Virus record (IMG/VR): IMGVR_UViG_3300033153_016044
Location: 1-64,000 of that record
DNA length: 64,000 nucleotides
Reading direction: 5' to 3' (one strand)
Source: a virus
Positions 1 to 9,111 of this stretch are shown one piece after another. The position numbers and the translations under genes were made by a program. The notes beneath the pieces are model-generated. The model made no database searches and was not told where the DNA came from. It was given only the letters and a program-made list of their open reading frames with translations. The stretch's first letter is position 1. The number at the start of each line of letters is the position of its first letter.

Positions 1-909
1 CTAAGATTCATTTAAGACCTCATTAATTAGCTCTTCCCAGGATGCCTTGCAGCTATCCCATGTAAATGGAGTAGTAAGCATGTGTTCTCTAGGGGAATAC
101 GTACTACTAAGAACTCTCTGTATTGCATGAGAAAACTTATCTACTGTGTGCTCGCCGTCTATTCTAATTCCCACATCCATATTAAAATGACTTGCTAGCC
201 AACCAGTATGTGTGCCTATGACTGGCCTGTTACATAAGGCTGCTTCAACTGTTGTAAGATGCAGGGTTTCTAGTGGTGAGCACATGATGCAAAAGTCTGA
301 CTCATTGTATAGTCTAACCATTCCCTGTTCGCTAACTCCACCAGGATAGTTTCTTACATTTGGTAGGTTAATTCTATAACCAGCCTTGGATATATAGATG
401 AACTCAATCATAGTGTTGGCTTTAGCTATCTCTTCGAATAACTTAGTATTCTTTGTAGAGTTGTAGTCGCCGACAAATATTCCTATCCTTTTAAACTTAT
501 CAAAGATGTCATTCCTTTGTCTAAAGCTAGCCATGGGCTTGAATAGATTTTGATTCACACCAATAGGGATTGTCCTGACGTGGTCAAACGCCTCGAACTT
601 GTCTCTAGTGAAGTCACTATTAAATACAATGCAATCAGAATTATTACACACATCTAGCTGCTGTTCATCTCTACCATAGTAGTCTTGAACTAATGCAATT
701 TGCTTACATGGTCTATTAATTGTTCTAAAAAACGTTCCATTTCTTATGATTAAAGTGCATTGTCCTGGGTCATTTTCTATTGTCTCAGCCAGCTTATTAA
801 ATGGCGTGCCAGTCTTATCGACTGTGCCATCTATCTCAAGCAGCATGTGCCAGAAGGTCTTAGTGTCAGGTATACAGGTAAGTAGGTCGTTAACTATCCA
901 GATGCTCAT
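1..909 (-). CDS. Glycosyltransferase, GT4/GT-B fold
   Basis: IPIGVNQNLFKP, LYNESDFCIMCSPLETLHLTTVEAALCNRPVI (E-x7-E GT4 motif); TAG stop at 1-3. Confidence 0.8.
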   Translation of the reverse strand: MSIWIVNDLLTCIPDTKTFWHMLLEIDGTVDKTGTPFNKLAETIENDPGQCTLIIRNGTFFRTINRPCKQIALVQDYYGRDEQQLDVCNNSDCIVFNSDFTRDKFEAFDHVRTIPIGVNQNLFKPMASFRQRNDIFDKFKRIGIFVGDYNSTKNTKLFEEIAKANTMIEFIYISKAGYRINLPNVRNYPGGVSEQGMVRLYNESDFCIMCSPLETLHLTTVEAALCNRPVIGTHTGWLASHFNMDVGIRIDGEHTVDKFSHAIQRVLSSTYSPREHMLTTPFTWDSCKASWEELINEVLNES

Positions 910-1519
910 TATTAATCCAAACTGAGTCGTATTGAGTTCCGTGCTGTATTCTAGCTCCCGCTAATTTAAGCATCGTAAACCCTAGGGTCTTTAAGAAATT
1001 ACAAACTCCATCATGTAACATTTTCTGACCAGAGAAGTATGCAACAGTCTCGGTCTCAATGTGCATTATTTTAACTGTATCTAGTAAGTCACCCATGCCC
1101 TCGAAGACATCATAAGTTGCACCCTCTACATCTATCTTCATCATATCAATTGATTCATCTATTATATGTAGGAACTCAGAGTCTAATCTATAGCAGGGAA
1201 CAGTTCTTTGTTCTGTACCATAGATAGAACCTCTATCGTAGATACCGTGAATGCCATTAGTTGTCTTGACGTGAAAGGTTGTCTCTCCAGTATAGGATGA
1301 GATAACTTTATTAAGCCAAGCAATACCACTAGGTGAGTGTGCTTTGTAGTTTTCTTCTAGTCCCTCGTAAGCTACCACTTGAGCGTTAGGAAAACATTGT
1401 TTAAAGTAAACTGAATCTGCACCATCCAGTGCACCAACTTCTACTATAGTTTTGATTTCATCTTCAGAAAATTTGTTCTTTACAATCTGAATAAACTCTT
1501 CCATGCCTATATTAGCCAT
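890..1519 (-). CDS. FkbM-family SAM-dependent methyltransferase
   Basis: IVEVGALDG motif I; IDMMKIDVEGA FkbM signature. Confidence 0.85.
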   Translation of the reverse strand: MANIGMEEFIQIVKNKFSEDEIKTIVEVGALDGADSVYFKQCFPNAQVVAYEGLEENYKAHSPSGIAWLNKVISSYTGETTFHVKTTNGIHGIYDRGSIYGTEQRTVPCYRLDSEFLHIIDESIDMMKIDVEGATYDVFEGMGDLLDTVKIMHIETETVAYFSGQKMLHDGVCNFLKTLGFTMLKLAGARIQHGTQYDSVWINNEHLDS

Positions 1520-2024
1520 TTCGCCAGTCCGCTCCTACTTTTCGTATTACACTAAGGCCATATGGAACAGGAATAGTAAGCAGTTCACAATTATATTTTT
1601 CTTTAATTTCTTTTGTAGCAAGGTAACAGTTTCCACTGTAGCCGGGTTTGGTTTGCTCTTTATTTAGAGGCCACGTATCATGAAGAAGCATTAGTCCCGT
1701 ATCATTTTTTAAATAGGGCCAAAAATTATCAACATCTTTTAAGACTGCCTCCTTGCTGTGGTCTGCATCTATAAACATCAAGTCTATATCCTCATGTATA
1801 TCTTCATTCCATAGCTCAGAAAATTCTTCAGTTGACATGGTATAGATGTTAAAATTCTCACCAGATAACTCATCTGTTTTTGGCTCCAGGTCTACACCAT
1901 ATAACCAATCCTGAACATGTGGCTTTACTTTATTAAACGTACTACAATCATAAGTCCCCAGCTCTACATAAACTTGAGGTTTAGTGTAGGATGCAATAAA
2001 TTCTATAAACTCTTCATGCTTCAT
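1512..2024 (-). CDS. Class I SAM-dependent methyltransferase (Methyltransf_24-like)
   Basis: YVELGTYD, IDLMFIDADHS, GLMLLHD motifs. Confidence 0.8.
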   Translation of the reverse strand: MKHEEFIEFIASYTKPQVYVELGTYDCSTFNKVKPHVQDWLYGVDLEPKTDELSGENFNIYTMSTEEFSELWNEDIHEDIDLMFIDADHSKEAVLKDVDNFWPYLKNDTGLMLLHDTWPLNKEQTKPGYSGNCYLATKEIKEKYNCELLTIPVPYGLSVIRKVGADWRNG

Positions 2025-2194
2025 TCGTATTGCCTATAGTTTTCTTGACAGTATTTCTTAAAGGTATTCATAGTCATCCACTTCTTATCTCCACACACAT
2101 GGCACTCCCAAAAATGTCTTACAGGATTGGAGCACTGCACCATCTTACTTGCTATTATGTAAGTGTGAAACTTACAGGTCTCCGACTTCTGCAC
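2021..2194 (-). CDS. Small Cys/His (zinc-ribbon-like) protein
   Basis: GTG start at 2194 after GGGGAG SD; C-x2-H ... C-x2-C (WECHVCG); ATGA overlap with next gene. Confidence 0.55.
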   Translation of the reverse strand: MQKSETCKFHTYIIASKMVQCSNPVRHFWECHVCGDKKWMTMNTFKKYCQENYRQYE

Positions 2195-2897
2195 TTTCTC
2201 CCCTTTGAAAATGGTAAGCAATGCTATCATTTACCATCACTCTTTTCATACCAAATTTTTGCTCAAGAAGTCCAAAGGTTATCTTATCACCTGGGATACC
2301 TCTCCAGTTCTTTCTCCAGCCTCCTGCTTTGTATAGTATTTCCTTTTTAAATAGGCATGGCATATAAGCTCCAACCCCTTCTACTACACTATCCTCTTTT
2401 ACTGAGTCTGCAAAAGTTTCAAATTCTTCTTTCTTAAAAGACGCTAATGTTTGTCCAAAGTTCTTAGAGATTAACCCTGGTAGGCTAGGCATTCTTTCAC
2501 TCTCAACTAGTCTACATGTAGGAATAAATTGGTCCAGGTTATACTTAGCTAGATTATCTAGCCAGTCATCTGTAAAGGCCATATCACTATTGACAAAGCA
2601 AATTGCTTCTGTCTCACATTCTATTAGGCAACGGTTCCATGCATTGTAAACATTCTGAATCCACCAGTCATCTGGATTATCATTTTTATGAACAACTATT
2701 TTTATTGGAGGGTCATAGTTATGAGATAGATAGGATGAGTATTCACTAGCCTTGATAATTACTTCAGTTGTAGCATCATTACATACTATTAAATAGCTAA
2801 CATTGTGCTCTTTAGAAGGGAAGCTAAGAAGAGACTTCATTACAAAGTCTAGGTATGCTGGACTCTTGTATATTAGTGTGGCTACTGTAATATCCAT
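2172..2897 (-). CDS. Glycosyltransferase, GT2/GT-A fold
   Basis: LIVCND, AWNRCL, FVNSDMAF (DxD-like), WLDNL. Confidence 0.75.
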   Translation of the reverse strand: MDITVATLIYKSPAYLDFVMKSLLSFPSKEHNVSYLIVCNDATTEVIIKASEYSSYLSHNYDPPIKIVVHKNDNPDDWWIQNVYNAWNRCLIECETEAICFVNSDMAFTDDWLDNLAKYNLDQFIPTCRLVESERMPSLPGLISKNFGQTLASFKKEEFETFADSVKEDSVVEGVGAYMPCLFKKEILYKAGGWRKNWRGIPGDKITFGLLEQKFGMKRVMVNDSIAYHFQRGESAEVGDL

Positions 2898-4096
2898 TAG
2901 AAACTCTTCCAGTTCTCTGCTCTGAATGCATTGGTTATTGCACGCCCACCTCTATAGAAGTTATTCTTTAATCTATCTAATAGGTCAGTTACAATAATAT
3001 CTGCGGCATTACCATCACCAAGGGAGAAGTTTGGATTTTTCTTTTGACTAATAACATAATCCGCAGCATGATAAATCTTGTGTGGTTTATCTGTCATTAC
3101 AGTAATTCCGCTCTTGAATGTCTCAGGTCTTTCTGTGCTCCTTCTTAATACAACACATGGAGTTCCAAGTAATGCAGTAGTTTCTTGGTTAGTTCCTGAA
3201 TCAGTGAACTCTATCAGTGCACCCTTTTCTAACATAACAAACTCAAAGAATCCAAGAGGTTTTGTAAATACAAAATTAGTAAGTCCATCACCACCTAGTC
3301 TTTTCTTAAATCTAGATTGTTCCATTAGTAGTTTGAGTCTAGGCATTAGGGGAAGGACAACTGGAATTTCATGACAACTTGCCCACTCGTTTATCTCCAT
3401 CATTAAATCCGCTGACCCTACATGGTCCTTCATTCGTTCATCTCTGTGCATTGTCATTAGTGCAAACTTCTTGTATTGCAAGCTAACTCCATCTTTTAAA
3501 ATGTATGAATCAAGTTCAAAATTTTTCATAGGGTCTACTGGCCAATTAAACCTATCCTTATATTCATCAAGAATATCTACAATAGTATTGCCAGTTACAA
3601 CGATTTTAGTAGGGTCAATCCCCTCCTGCACAAGCTTACACTTATAGTCATGCTGATAAGCATAGAGGACGTCGCTAACTCTATCTATGATTACTCTGTT
3701 GCGCTCCTCTGGCATTCTCCAGTCATGGCTACGCATGCCGGCCTCGACGTGAGCAATAGGAATGCCCATCTTAAGTGGAGTAATACATCCAATGACAGCA
3801 TTGGCATCTCCAAGGAACATAACCACATCTGGCTTACCCTCTTCTATTACTGGCTCAAGTTGACTAATAAGTTTGGAGTGTTGTTGTGGGTGTGAACCAG
3901 CCTTGGTGTCCAGGTTGAATTGTGGCTCTGAGATACCAAGCTCTCTAAAGAAAATCCCCTTGAGGTTCTCATCGTAGTGTTGTCCTGTGTAGACAAACTG
4001 CAGCTCAACCTTAGGGTGTGCTTTAAGTTTCTTAAGTATCAGACTAGAACGTATGAAGTCCGGTCGAATACCAAACACAGTCATGACTTTAAACAC
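2897..4096 (-). CDS. UDP-N-acetylhexosamine 2-epimerase (non-hydrolysing; WecB family, FnlC/QnlB-like)
   Basis: GIRPDFIR, TGQHYD, LGD, HVEAGMRS..MPEERNR, TDSGTNQE, TERPE motifs. Confidence 0.9.
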   Translation of the reverse strand: MFKVMTVFGIRPDFIRSSLILKKLKAHPKVELQFVYTGQHYDENLKGIFFRELGISEPQFNLDTKAGSHPQQHSKLISQLEPVIEEGKPDVVMFLGDANAVIGCITPLKMGIPIAHVEAGMRSHDWRMPEERNRVIIDRVSDVLYAYQHDYKCKLVQEGIDPTKIVVTGNTIVDILDEYKDRFNWPVDPMKNFELDSYILKDGVSLQYKKFALMTMHRDERMKDHVGSADLMMEINEWASCHEIPVVLPLMPRLKLLMEQSRFKKRLGGDGLTNFVFTKPLGFFEFVMLEKGALIEFTDSGTNQETTALLGTPCVVLRRSTERPETFKSGITVMTDKPHKIYHAADYVISQKKNPNFSLGDGNAADIIVTDLLDRLKNNFYRGGRAITNAFRAENWKSF

Positions 4097-4928
4097 TAAC
4101 TTTTGCCATCCATTTTGCCTGCTGTTCTAACATCTTATACATACCTAGAGGCTCTAGTAGTGAGTTGAGATTCATCCTTGTTCTCAGTGTTCTATTACAA
4201 GATTGTGCTGCTTCTGTGGGACTAACCTCAATGCCTAGCTCTAGGGTATCATTGATAAAAGTTAGCAGTTCAAACTTATTTACATCATTAGAGTATAGGT
4301 GATATAACTCCTTAGAATGTAGGTCTCTAAGCATAATGTCACAAATCATGGTGGAGAACTCAAGCGTGGTCAGACCATTCCAAATATGATTCGTATAGCC
4401 ATTGGTCGTCTTGCCTTTTTCTGACAAAAACCACTCTATAAGTGACCTTTTGTTGCCTCCCCACTCTGGTCCAATGATACTTGTTCTTAAGACCATGCAG
4501 TCTTCTGACTCACCTAAGCTTTTACTTTTGCCATAATTGTCTAGTGCGTTATGTGGGCTAGATTCAGTATAATAACCGTCTACTCCATCGAATACACAGT
4601 CAGTAGTGATATGAATAATCTTAGCACCAATATTGAAGGTATCATTCCATTCTACTAGGTCGTGAGGAAAGCATGCGTTAGTATAAATTGCCTCATTTAG
4701 CCTGGATTTATCGTTAAATACAGGCTTAATGGCACCTATACAGTTTACTATATAATCTGCATCTTCTAGTGCTGGAATCTTATTTAACAATGACGCCATG
4801 CAGTATGAGGGATTGACTAATAGTCCATCTTTTCTTGATATACCTTCTACTTTTATGCCATGCACTTCCATCACTCTCTTGAGCATGCCTCCAAGCATGC
4901 CGGTATCTCCAAGAACAACAGCTTTCAT
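4089..4928 (-). CDS. NDP-4-keto-6-deoxyhexose reductase (RmlD family, QnlA-like)
   Basis: GDTGMLG, HITTDCVFDG, YGKSK (YxxxK), LRTSIIG, SLIEWFL. Confidence 0.88.
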   Translation of the reverse strand: MKAVVLGDTGMLGGMLKRVMEVHGIKVEGISRKDGLLVNPSYCMASLLNKIPALEDADYIVNCIGAIKPVFNDKSRLNEAIYTNACFPHDLVEWNDTFNIGAKIIHITTDCVFDGVDGYYTESSPHNALDNYGKSKSLGESEDCMVLRTSIIGPEWGGNKRSLIEWFLSEKGKTTNGYTNHIWNGLTTLEFSTMICDIMLRDLHSKELYHLYSNDVNKFELLTFINDTLELGIEVSPTEAAQSCNRTLRTRMNLNSLLEPLGMYKMLEQQAKWMAKVSV

Positions 4929-5389
4929 CTATTATCGACTCCCCAAATATCTTTATTAACTGTCCAGATTAATCTATGGTCATCTGATTTTACCATATCA
5001 AATGTTAGAGTGGAATAAACAAGTATCTTTGTGTTATCTGTTAGACTTACGGCTCCATTATAGAAACCTGCCGGAATATAAAATAGCTGTGGCTTTCTTT
5101 CTGTAAGAACTACCGATGTTATATCCTCATCATTGTCCATATTCATGGCAGCAAGTTTCACTGCACCACTAAGCACGTGCATATAGGTGTCACCCCTGCG
5201 ATGACCATGCCACGCGCGCACCAGCCCCCTAGAATGATTCTCAACAACGTATGTTCTTTGAATCATGTCGCTAATTAGCTCATCTCTGACACAATAAACA
5301 AAGCCTCTGTCATCTTGATACATAGGAATGTCATAGACTTCGGGTCGCGTCTCTGTGTGCTGTGTAAAGTCTACTGCAGACTTACTCAT
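4925..5389 (-). CDS. NDP-sugar 3,5-epimerase-like cupin (RmlC family)
   Basis: DDRG, VRAWHGH, YIPAGFYNG cupin motifs. Confidence 0.85.
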   Translation of the reverse strand: MSKSAVDFTQHTETRPEVYDIPMYQDDRGFVYCVRDELISDMIQRTYVVENHSRGLVRAWHGHRRGDTYMHVLSGAVKLAAMNMDNDEDITSVVLTERKPQLFYIPAGFYNGAVSLTDNTKILVYSTLTFDMVKSDDHRLIWTVNKDIWGVDNR

Positions 5390-6333
5390 GATAGCTCCTT
5401 AATGAACTTTGCGTTGTTGTATTGTGTGAGCCAGGGGTTTTTAATCCGACCCTCTATTTTATACTTTGTTAGTATCTCTACGACTCCATCATCAAGAGAT
5501 ATTTTAGATTTAATTCCATGAGCCAGTGCCTTCAGGTTATCTACTTGGTAATTTCTAAGGTCCTCGAACTTCATATCTGTTACTTCTACTCCACCATTAC
5601 CATCTACTAAATTTAAAATGGTATTGGCTACGTCAGATATCTTATAGTTTTTGTGACTTAGAATAAAGGTACCAACTGTGTCTGTTGACACAGCCTCGGC
5701 GAAAATTCTTCCCGCATCTCTAACGTGCAGCATGGGACGCCATTGTTCTCCACCAAAGACAGTAAGCTTCTCTCCCTCACACGCCTTGAATGTTAAGATG
5801 TTTGCCACCAAATCAGAACGAATACGGCCAAAAGGGCTAGAAAGACCAAACAATGTGCCGAGACGATAAATAACATGATTAGCATGTCTACTAACGTGTT
5901 TCTCTGCATTTAATTTTGTCCCAGCATACAGGCTAAGTGGGTTAGTTTCGCTTTGTTCATCTAATATTTTGTTGTTGGCGCCATAGACAGAGCAGGTTGA
6001 TGCAAAGATTAGTCTTATCTCTTCTGGTAGCTTATCCGCCAGAAAGGCCACGAACTCTTCGTTAATACTGACTGTTTCTGTAGGGTTTGCCGAGCATGCT
6101 CCGTCCCCCACAAGGGCAGCGAGGTGGATTACTGCATCAAAACGCTCAGATTCAATAAGGAATTCAAACTCTGGACTTCTGATGTCGGTCTGCATAAACG
6201 TGACGCCCTGTCTCATATATGAATCTGTATACAGCAGACTATCTACAACAACAACATCATGATTTTCCTCTAAGAGAGTCTCAACTACTGAGTCACCTAT
6301 GTATCCCGCTCCGCCAGTAACTAGAACTCTCAC
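5386..6333 (-). CDS. NAD-dependent sugar epimerase/dehydratase (extended SDR)
   Basis: VTGGAGYIG, IHLAA, STCSVYG, YAGTK; GTG start at 6333 after GAGGAG preferred over the track start at 6354. Confidence 0.88.
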   Translation of the reverse strand: MRVLVTGGAGYIGDSVVETLLEENHDVVVVDSLLYTDSYMRQGVTFMQTDIRSPEFEFLIESERFDAVIHLAALVGDGACSANPTETVSINEEFVAFLADKLPEEIRLIFASTCSVYGANNKILDEQSETNPLSLYAGTKLNAEKHVSRHANHVIYRLGTLFGLSSPFGRIRSDLVANILTFKACEGEKLTVFGGEQWRPMLHVRDAGRIFAEAVSTDTVGTFILSHKNYKISDVANTILNLVDGNGGVEVTDMKFEDLRNYQVDNLKALAHGIKSKISLDDGVVEILTKYKIEGRIKNPWLTQYNNAKFIKELS

Positions 6334-6503
6334 TTCTCTCTGCTCCTCAGCCATGCTCTACTACTATAAGAGTTTACTTTCTCTCTCTGGTCACTTTTAG
6401 CTTGAACAATTTTAACAGGGCCGCCACAATAGCATAGCTTTTCATACATCGGCATTAGCTCTTTGCATATGCCACACTCTTTTGCATAGAACAGGGAGGC
6501 CAA
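6330..6503 (-). CDS. 57-aa zinc-ribbon protein (not in ORF track)
   Basis: AGGAG SD then TTG; MASLFYAKECGICKELMPMYEKLCYCGGPVK...REK*; TGA overlaps the GTG of the epimerase. Confidence 0.65.
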   Translation of the reverse strand: MASLFYAKECGICKELMPMYEKLCYCGGPVKIVQAKSDQREKVNSYSSRAWLRSREK

Positions 6504-7323
6504 AATAAACTCCTAGGTGACAGTTAAGTAAAATTAAAGACACAAGAAGAAAGGTCTGAAGTTGATAAGCTTTTGTATCTTCAATAGTCTGGATGTAATG
6601 TTCAGCATTATGCTCCATTAGATGAAGCCTAATACTAGTTGCTCCCATGTATCCAGACCACAATTGAGGACCAAATGGTCCGGCATCTCTTTTAATTATT
6701 ATTATACCAAGTAGTTGTCCGTCATCTTCTGTAAAGACTGGTCCACCACTATTACCAAACCAAATATTGAGAGTGGTCCTATCGTACATGGCAAACCCTT
6801 CTGCATCTGTGCTTTGATTTCCAAAAGTAATGTGGAGAGTTTCCCCGTTCGACCTTCCTATTGTATAAATCTTTTTGCCTGCACCAGTAAGAATGTGGTC
6901 TTCTAGAGAAACTAGCCTAATGTTAGACTTCATAGAAGTTTCTGGTTGGATTACAACAAAATCATATCCTTTTGCTACTCTTAATTTACCAGGAGGAGCA
7001 TATACTACTCTGCCTGTTAGAGAAAACTCTTCAGGATAATAGAACTTGAGCCGCACATCTCTTTCTCCAAAATCAATTCTTCCATTTCTATTTACATCTA
7101 CTACATGCTTTGCTGTAAGAATTTTTCCATTACTTATAAGAACACCTGTGCCTCCTCCATCGAAGCTTTTATCAAGAAGAACAGTAACCGCGCATGTAGC
7201 TGCAAACTGGTCTTCAAATTTTTCTTCTACATGAAAGGTAGGTCTATCTGGTGGGGTTAGAACTTCATATATAAAGACTAGGGACGACAAAAAGAAGAGA
7301 CTATAGAGTAAAGCTTTTTTCAT
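6442..7323 (-). CDS. Membrane-anchored trypsin-like serine protease
   Basis: ILTAKHV (His), YDF (Asp), GNSGGP (Ser); hydrophobic N- and C-terminal segments. Confidence 0.85.
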   Translation of the reverse strand: MKKALLYSLFFLSSLVFIYEVLTPPDRPTFHVEEKFEDQFAATCAVTVLLDKSFDGGGTGVLISNGKILTAKHVVDVNRNGRIDFGERDVRLKFYYPEEFSLTGRVVYAPPGKLRVAKGYDFVVIQPETSMKSNIRLVSLEDHILTGAGKKIYTIGRSNGETLHITFGNQSTDAEGFAMYDRTTLNIWFGNSGGPVFTEDDGQLLGIIIIKRDAGPFGPQLWSGYMGATSIRLHLMEHNAEHYIQTIEDTKAYQLQTFLLVSLILLNCHLGVYFGLPVLCKRVWHMQRANADV

Positions 7324-8087
7324 TTTATTCTCATGGCAACTGGCGCTTGGAAAACCTGGTTGAAGTCAGCCTCCATTGGCTGAATCCTAAACCATTCCGG
7401 CTTAGACTTTGCTACACGCAGCGTGCGCTCATCTATTAGCCTATTAAGAGCCCAACCACTCTGTCCATGAGACCTATAAGTTAAATACTTGTCTACGATT
7501 CTATCATCACTTGAGAACCCGTAATGTATAACCTTTATGTCTGTTGTATCTATCCTATCTATTCCGTTGGGGTATTGCCTCTGGTGAAGTCCAGGTCTAT
7601 CATCATAATATAGTTCTCCTGTATTTTTCCACAGCCTACAGAACTCTCCATCGTTGTAAGAGTTGTCTAGTCTATAGAAAGATGGGTCTCTCCACAGGTT
7701 AACCTCTTTAAAGCCATAAGCATTACAGACGGCGTTTTCGCACACCTCTCTGATGCCTCCGCTCTCTCCCTTGGCCTCTACAACCTCGTCACAATCTAGC
7801 CAGAAAATCCAATCTGACCCAATTTCTACAGCTACCTCAAGCATTTTTTGCTTATGCTGTATTTCATTCTTAAAGTTATTCTTCTCACCATGTATAAATA
7901 TTATCTCCGACATATAACTATCCATATGGGAGCCTCTTGATAGATACTTTACTGTATCATCAGTGGAGCCATCATTATATACGATGAGTGTATCACAATA
8001 TCTTTTTACTGAGTCCATAAAGCGTGGAAGATTATTCTTTTCCATTTCGTTATAGATTTGGCATATTGCCGTTAACTTAAATGACAT
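7320..8087 (-). CDS. Glycosyltransferase, GT2
   Basis: YNE, YNDGSTDDT, WIFWLDCDE, IHYG. Confidence 0.85.
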   Translation of the reverse strand: MSFKLTAICQIYNEMEKNNLPRFMDSVKRYCDTLIVYNDGSTDDTVKYLSRGSHMDSYMSEIIFIHGEKNNFKNEIQHKQKMLEVAVEIGSDWIFWLDCDEVVEAKGESGGIREVCENAVCNAYGFKEVNLWRDPSFYRLDNSYNDGEFCRLWKNTGELYYDDRPGLHQRQYPNGIDRIDTTDIKVIHYGFSSDDRIVDKYLTYRSHGQSGWALNRLIDERTLRVAKSKPEWFRIQPMEADFNQVFQAPVAMRIK

Positions 8088-8101
8088 GTGTCCATACTCT
8101 C

Positions 8102-8212
8102 CTATGATAGATTTACAGTTCTGCCTATGTAATATCTCTGTCCGCAGATTATCTTATAGATGCAGCCAAAAGAAAAATCTTTTTTATTAGCCACTATACA
8201 GGTGAGCTTCAT
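8102..8212 (-). pseudogene. GIY-YIG homing endonuclease remnant (36 codons)
   Basis: MKLTCIVANKKDFSFGCIYKIICGQRYYIGRTVNLS*; a +1 shift continues RRVWTH, matching GIY...YIG..NL..R...H. Confidence 0.6.
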
Positions 8213-9111
8213 ACTAGTAATTCTCTAACGATTGGGGCTAATGTAGTAACTATGGCCGGGTGTTTTGTAAATGGAAACAGTATTTGTTTTGGCCAGAAAT
8301 TAAATCCATATGTCATTCTATCTAGATTAGGCTTGTCTAATACTTCCCATCTTTCTTCTAGTCCTGTGACCCTAAGGTCTATCGCTTCTCCGTGTGTCCA
8401 TATATTATTCTTCCGCAGCTTCTTATCCATTGGACGCGCCCAGCCGTAGTGAACTATATTCTCATCGTAGTCACCAATGCACTTACGAATACAGCCCGGA
8501 TGACCAATATCTTCTCCTGGTCCTGTGCCCCACGCTTCGTCTGTCCACTTACCTAAAGATACAGCGCCTTCTGTTCTGTAGATTCTTGCGTGACCATATG
8601 AGCCTGTAAATCTCCCCTCATAAGAAGGAGGTATTCTCATACAAAGGAAGTCTGGCTTTTTAATTCCAGCCACCTCTTTAATAAGTCCTTCTGTCCAGTC
8701 TAGGCTGTTATTATATTGGTTCTGGTATAGTTCCCAGTGGTTAATTGTGAACATAGTCACGTCGTCTGGTAGTTCTCTGGCGTCCTGAGCTGCCTTCTGA
8801 GCACCCTTCATGTAGAATACGTCGTCTGCGTCTAGACGAATAAAGCGGCGGCACCCTTCGGCTCTGAGGGTCTGTATGGCCTCGTTCTTTGGCTTACTTA
8901 TGTCAAAGTCTTCGAGCTTACCATACTCAATTAAAATGAGCTTGCCAAACTTAATGTCTTTCTCAAACAATGTCTTTATTATTTTTAATGTATGGTCATC
9001 TGAACCAGTATCTACCACTACATAACAGTCCACATGTGGTAGTAGACTAGCTATCGTATAAGCTATGGTTGTCTGCTCATTCCAGCAGCAGGTGAGTGCT
9101 CCGACTTTCAT
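8209..9111 (-). CDS. Glycosyltransferase, GT2
   Basis: WNE, VVDTGSDDHT, LDADD, VHYGW. Confidence 0.85.
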   Translation of the reverse strand: MKVGALTCCWNEQTTIAYTIASLLPHVDCYVVVDTGSDDHTLKIIKTLFEKDIKFGKLILIEYGKLEDFDISKPKNEAIQTLRAEGCRRFIRLDADDVFYMKGAQKAAQDARELPDDVTMFTINHWELYQNQYNNSLDWTEGLIKEVAGIKKPDFLCMRIPPSYEGRFTGSYGHARIYRTEGAVSLGKWTDEAWGTGPGEDIGHPGCIRKCIGDYDENIVHYGWARPMDKKLRKNNIWTHGEAIDLRVTGLEERWEVLDKPNLDRMTYGFNFWPKQILFPFTKHPAIVTTLAPIVRELLV

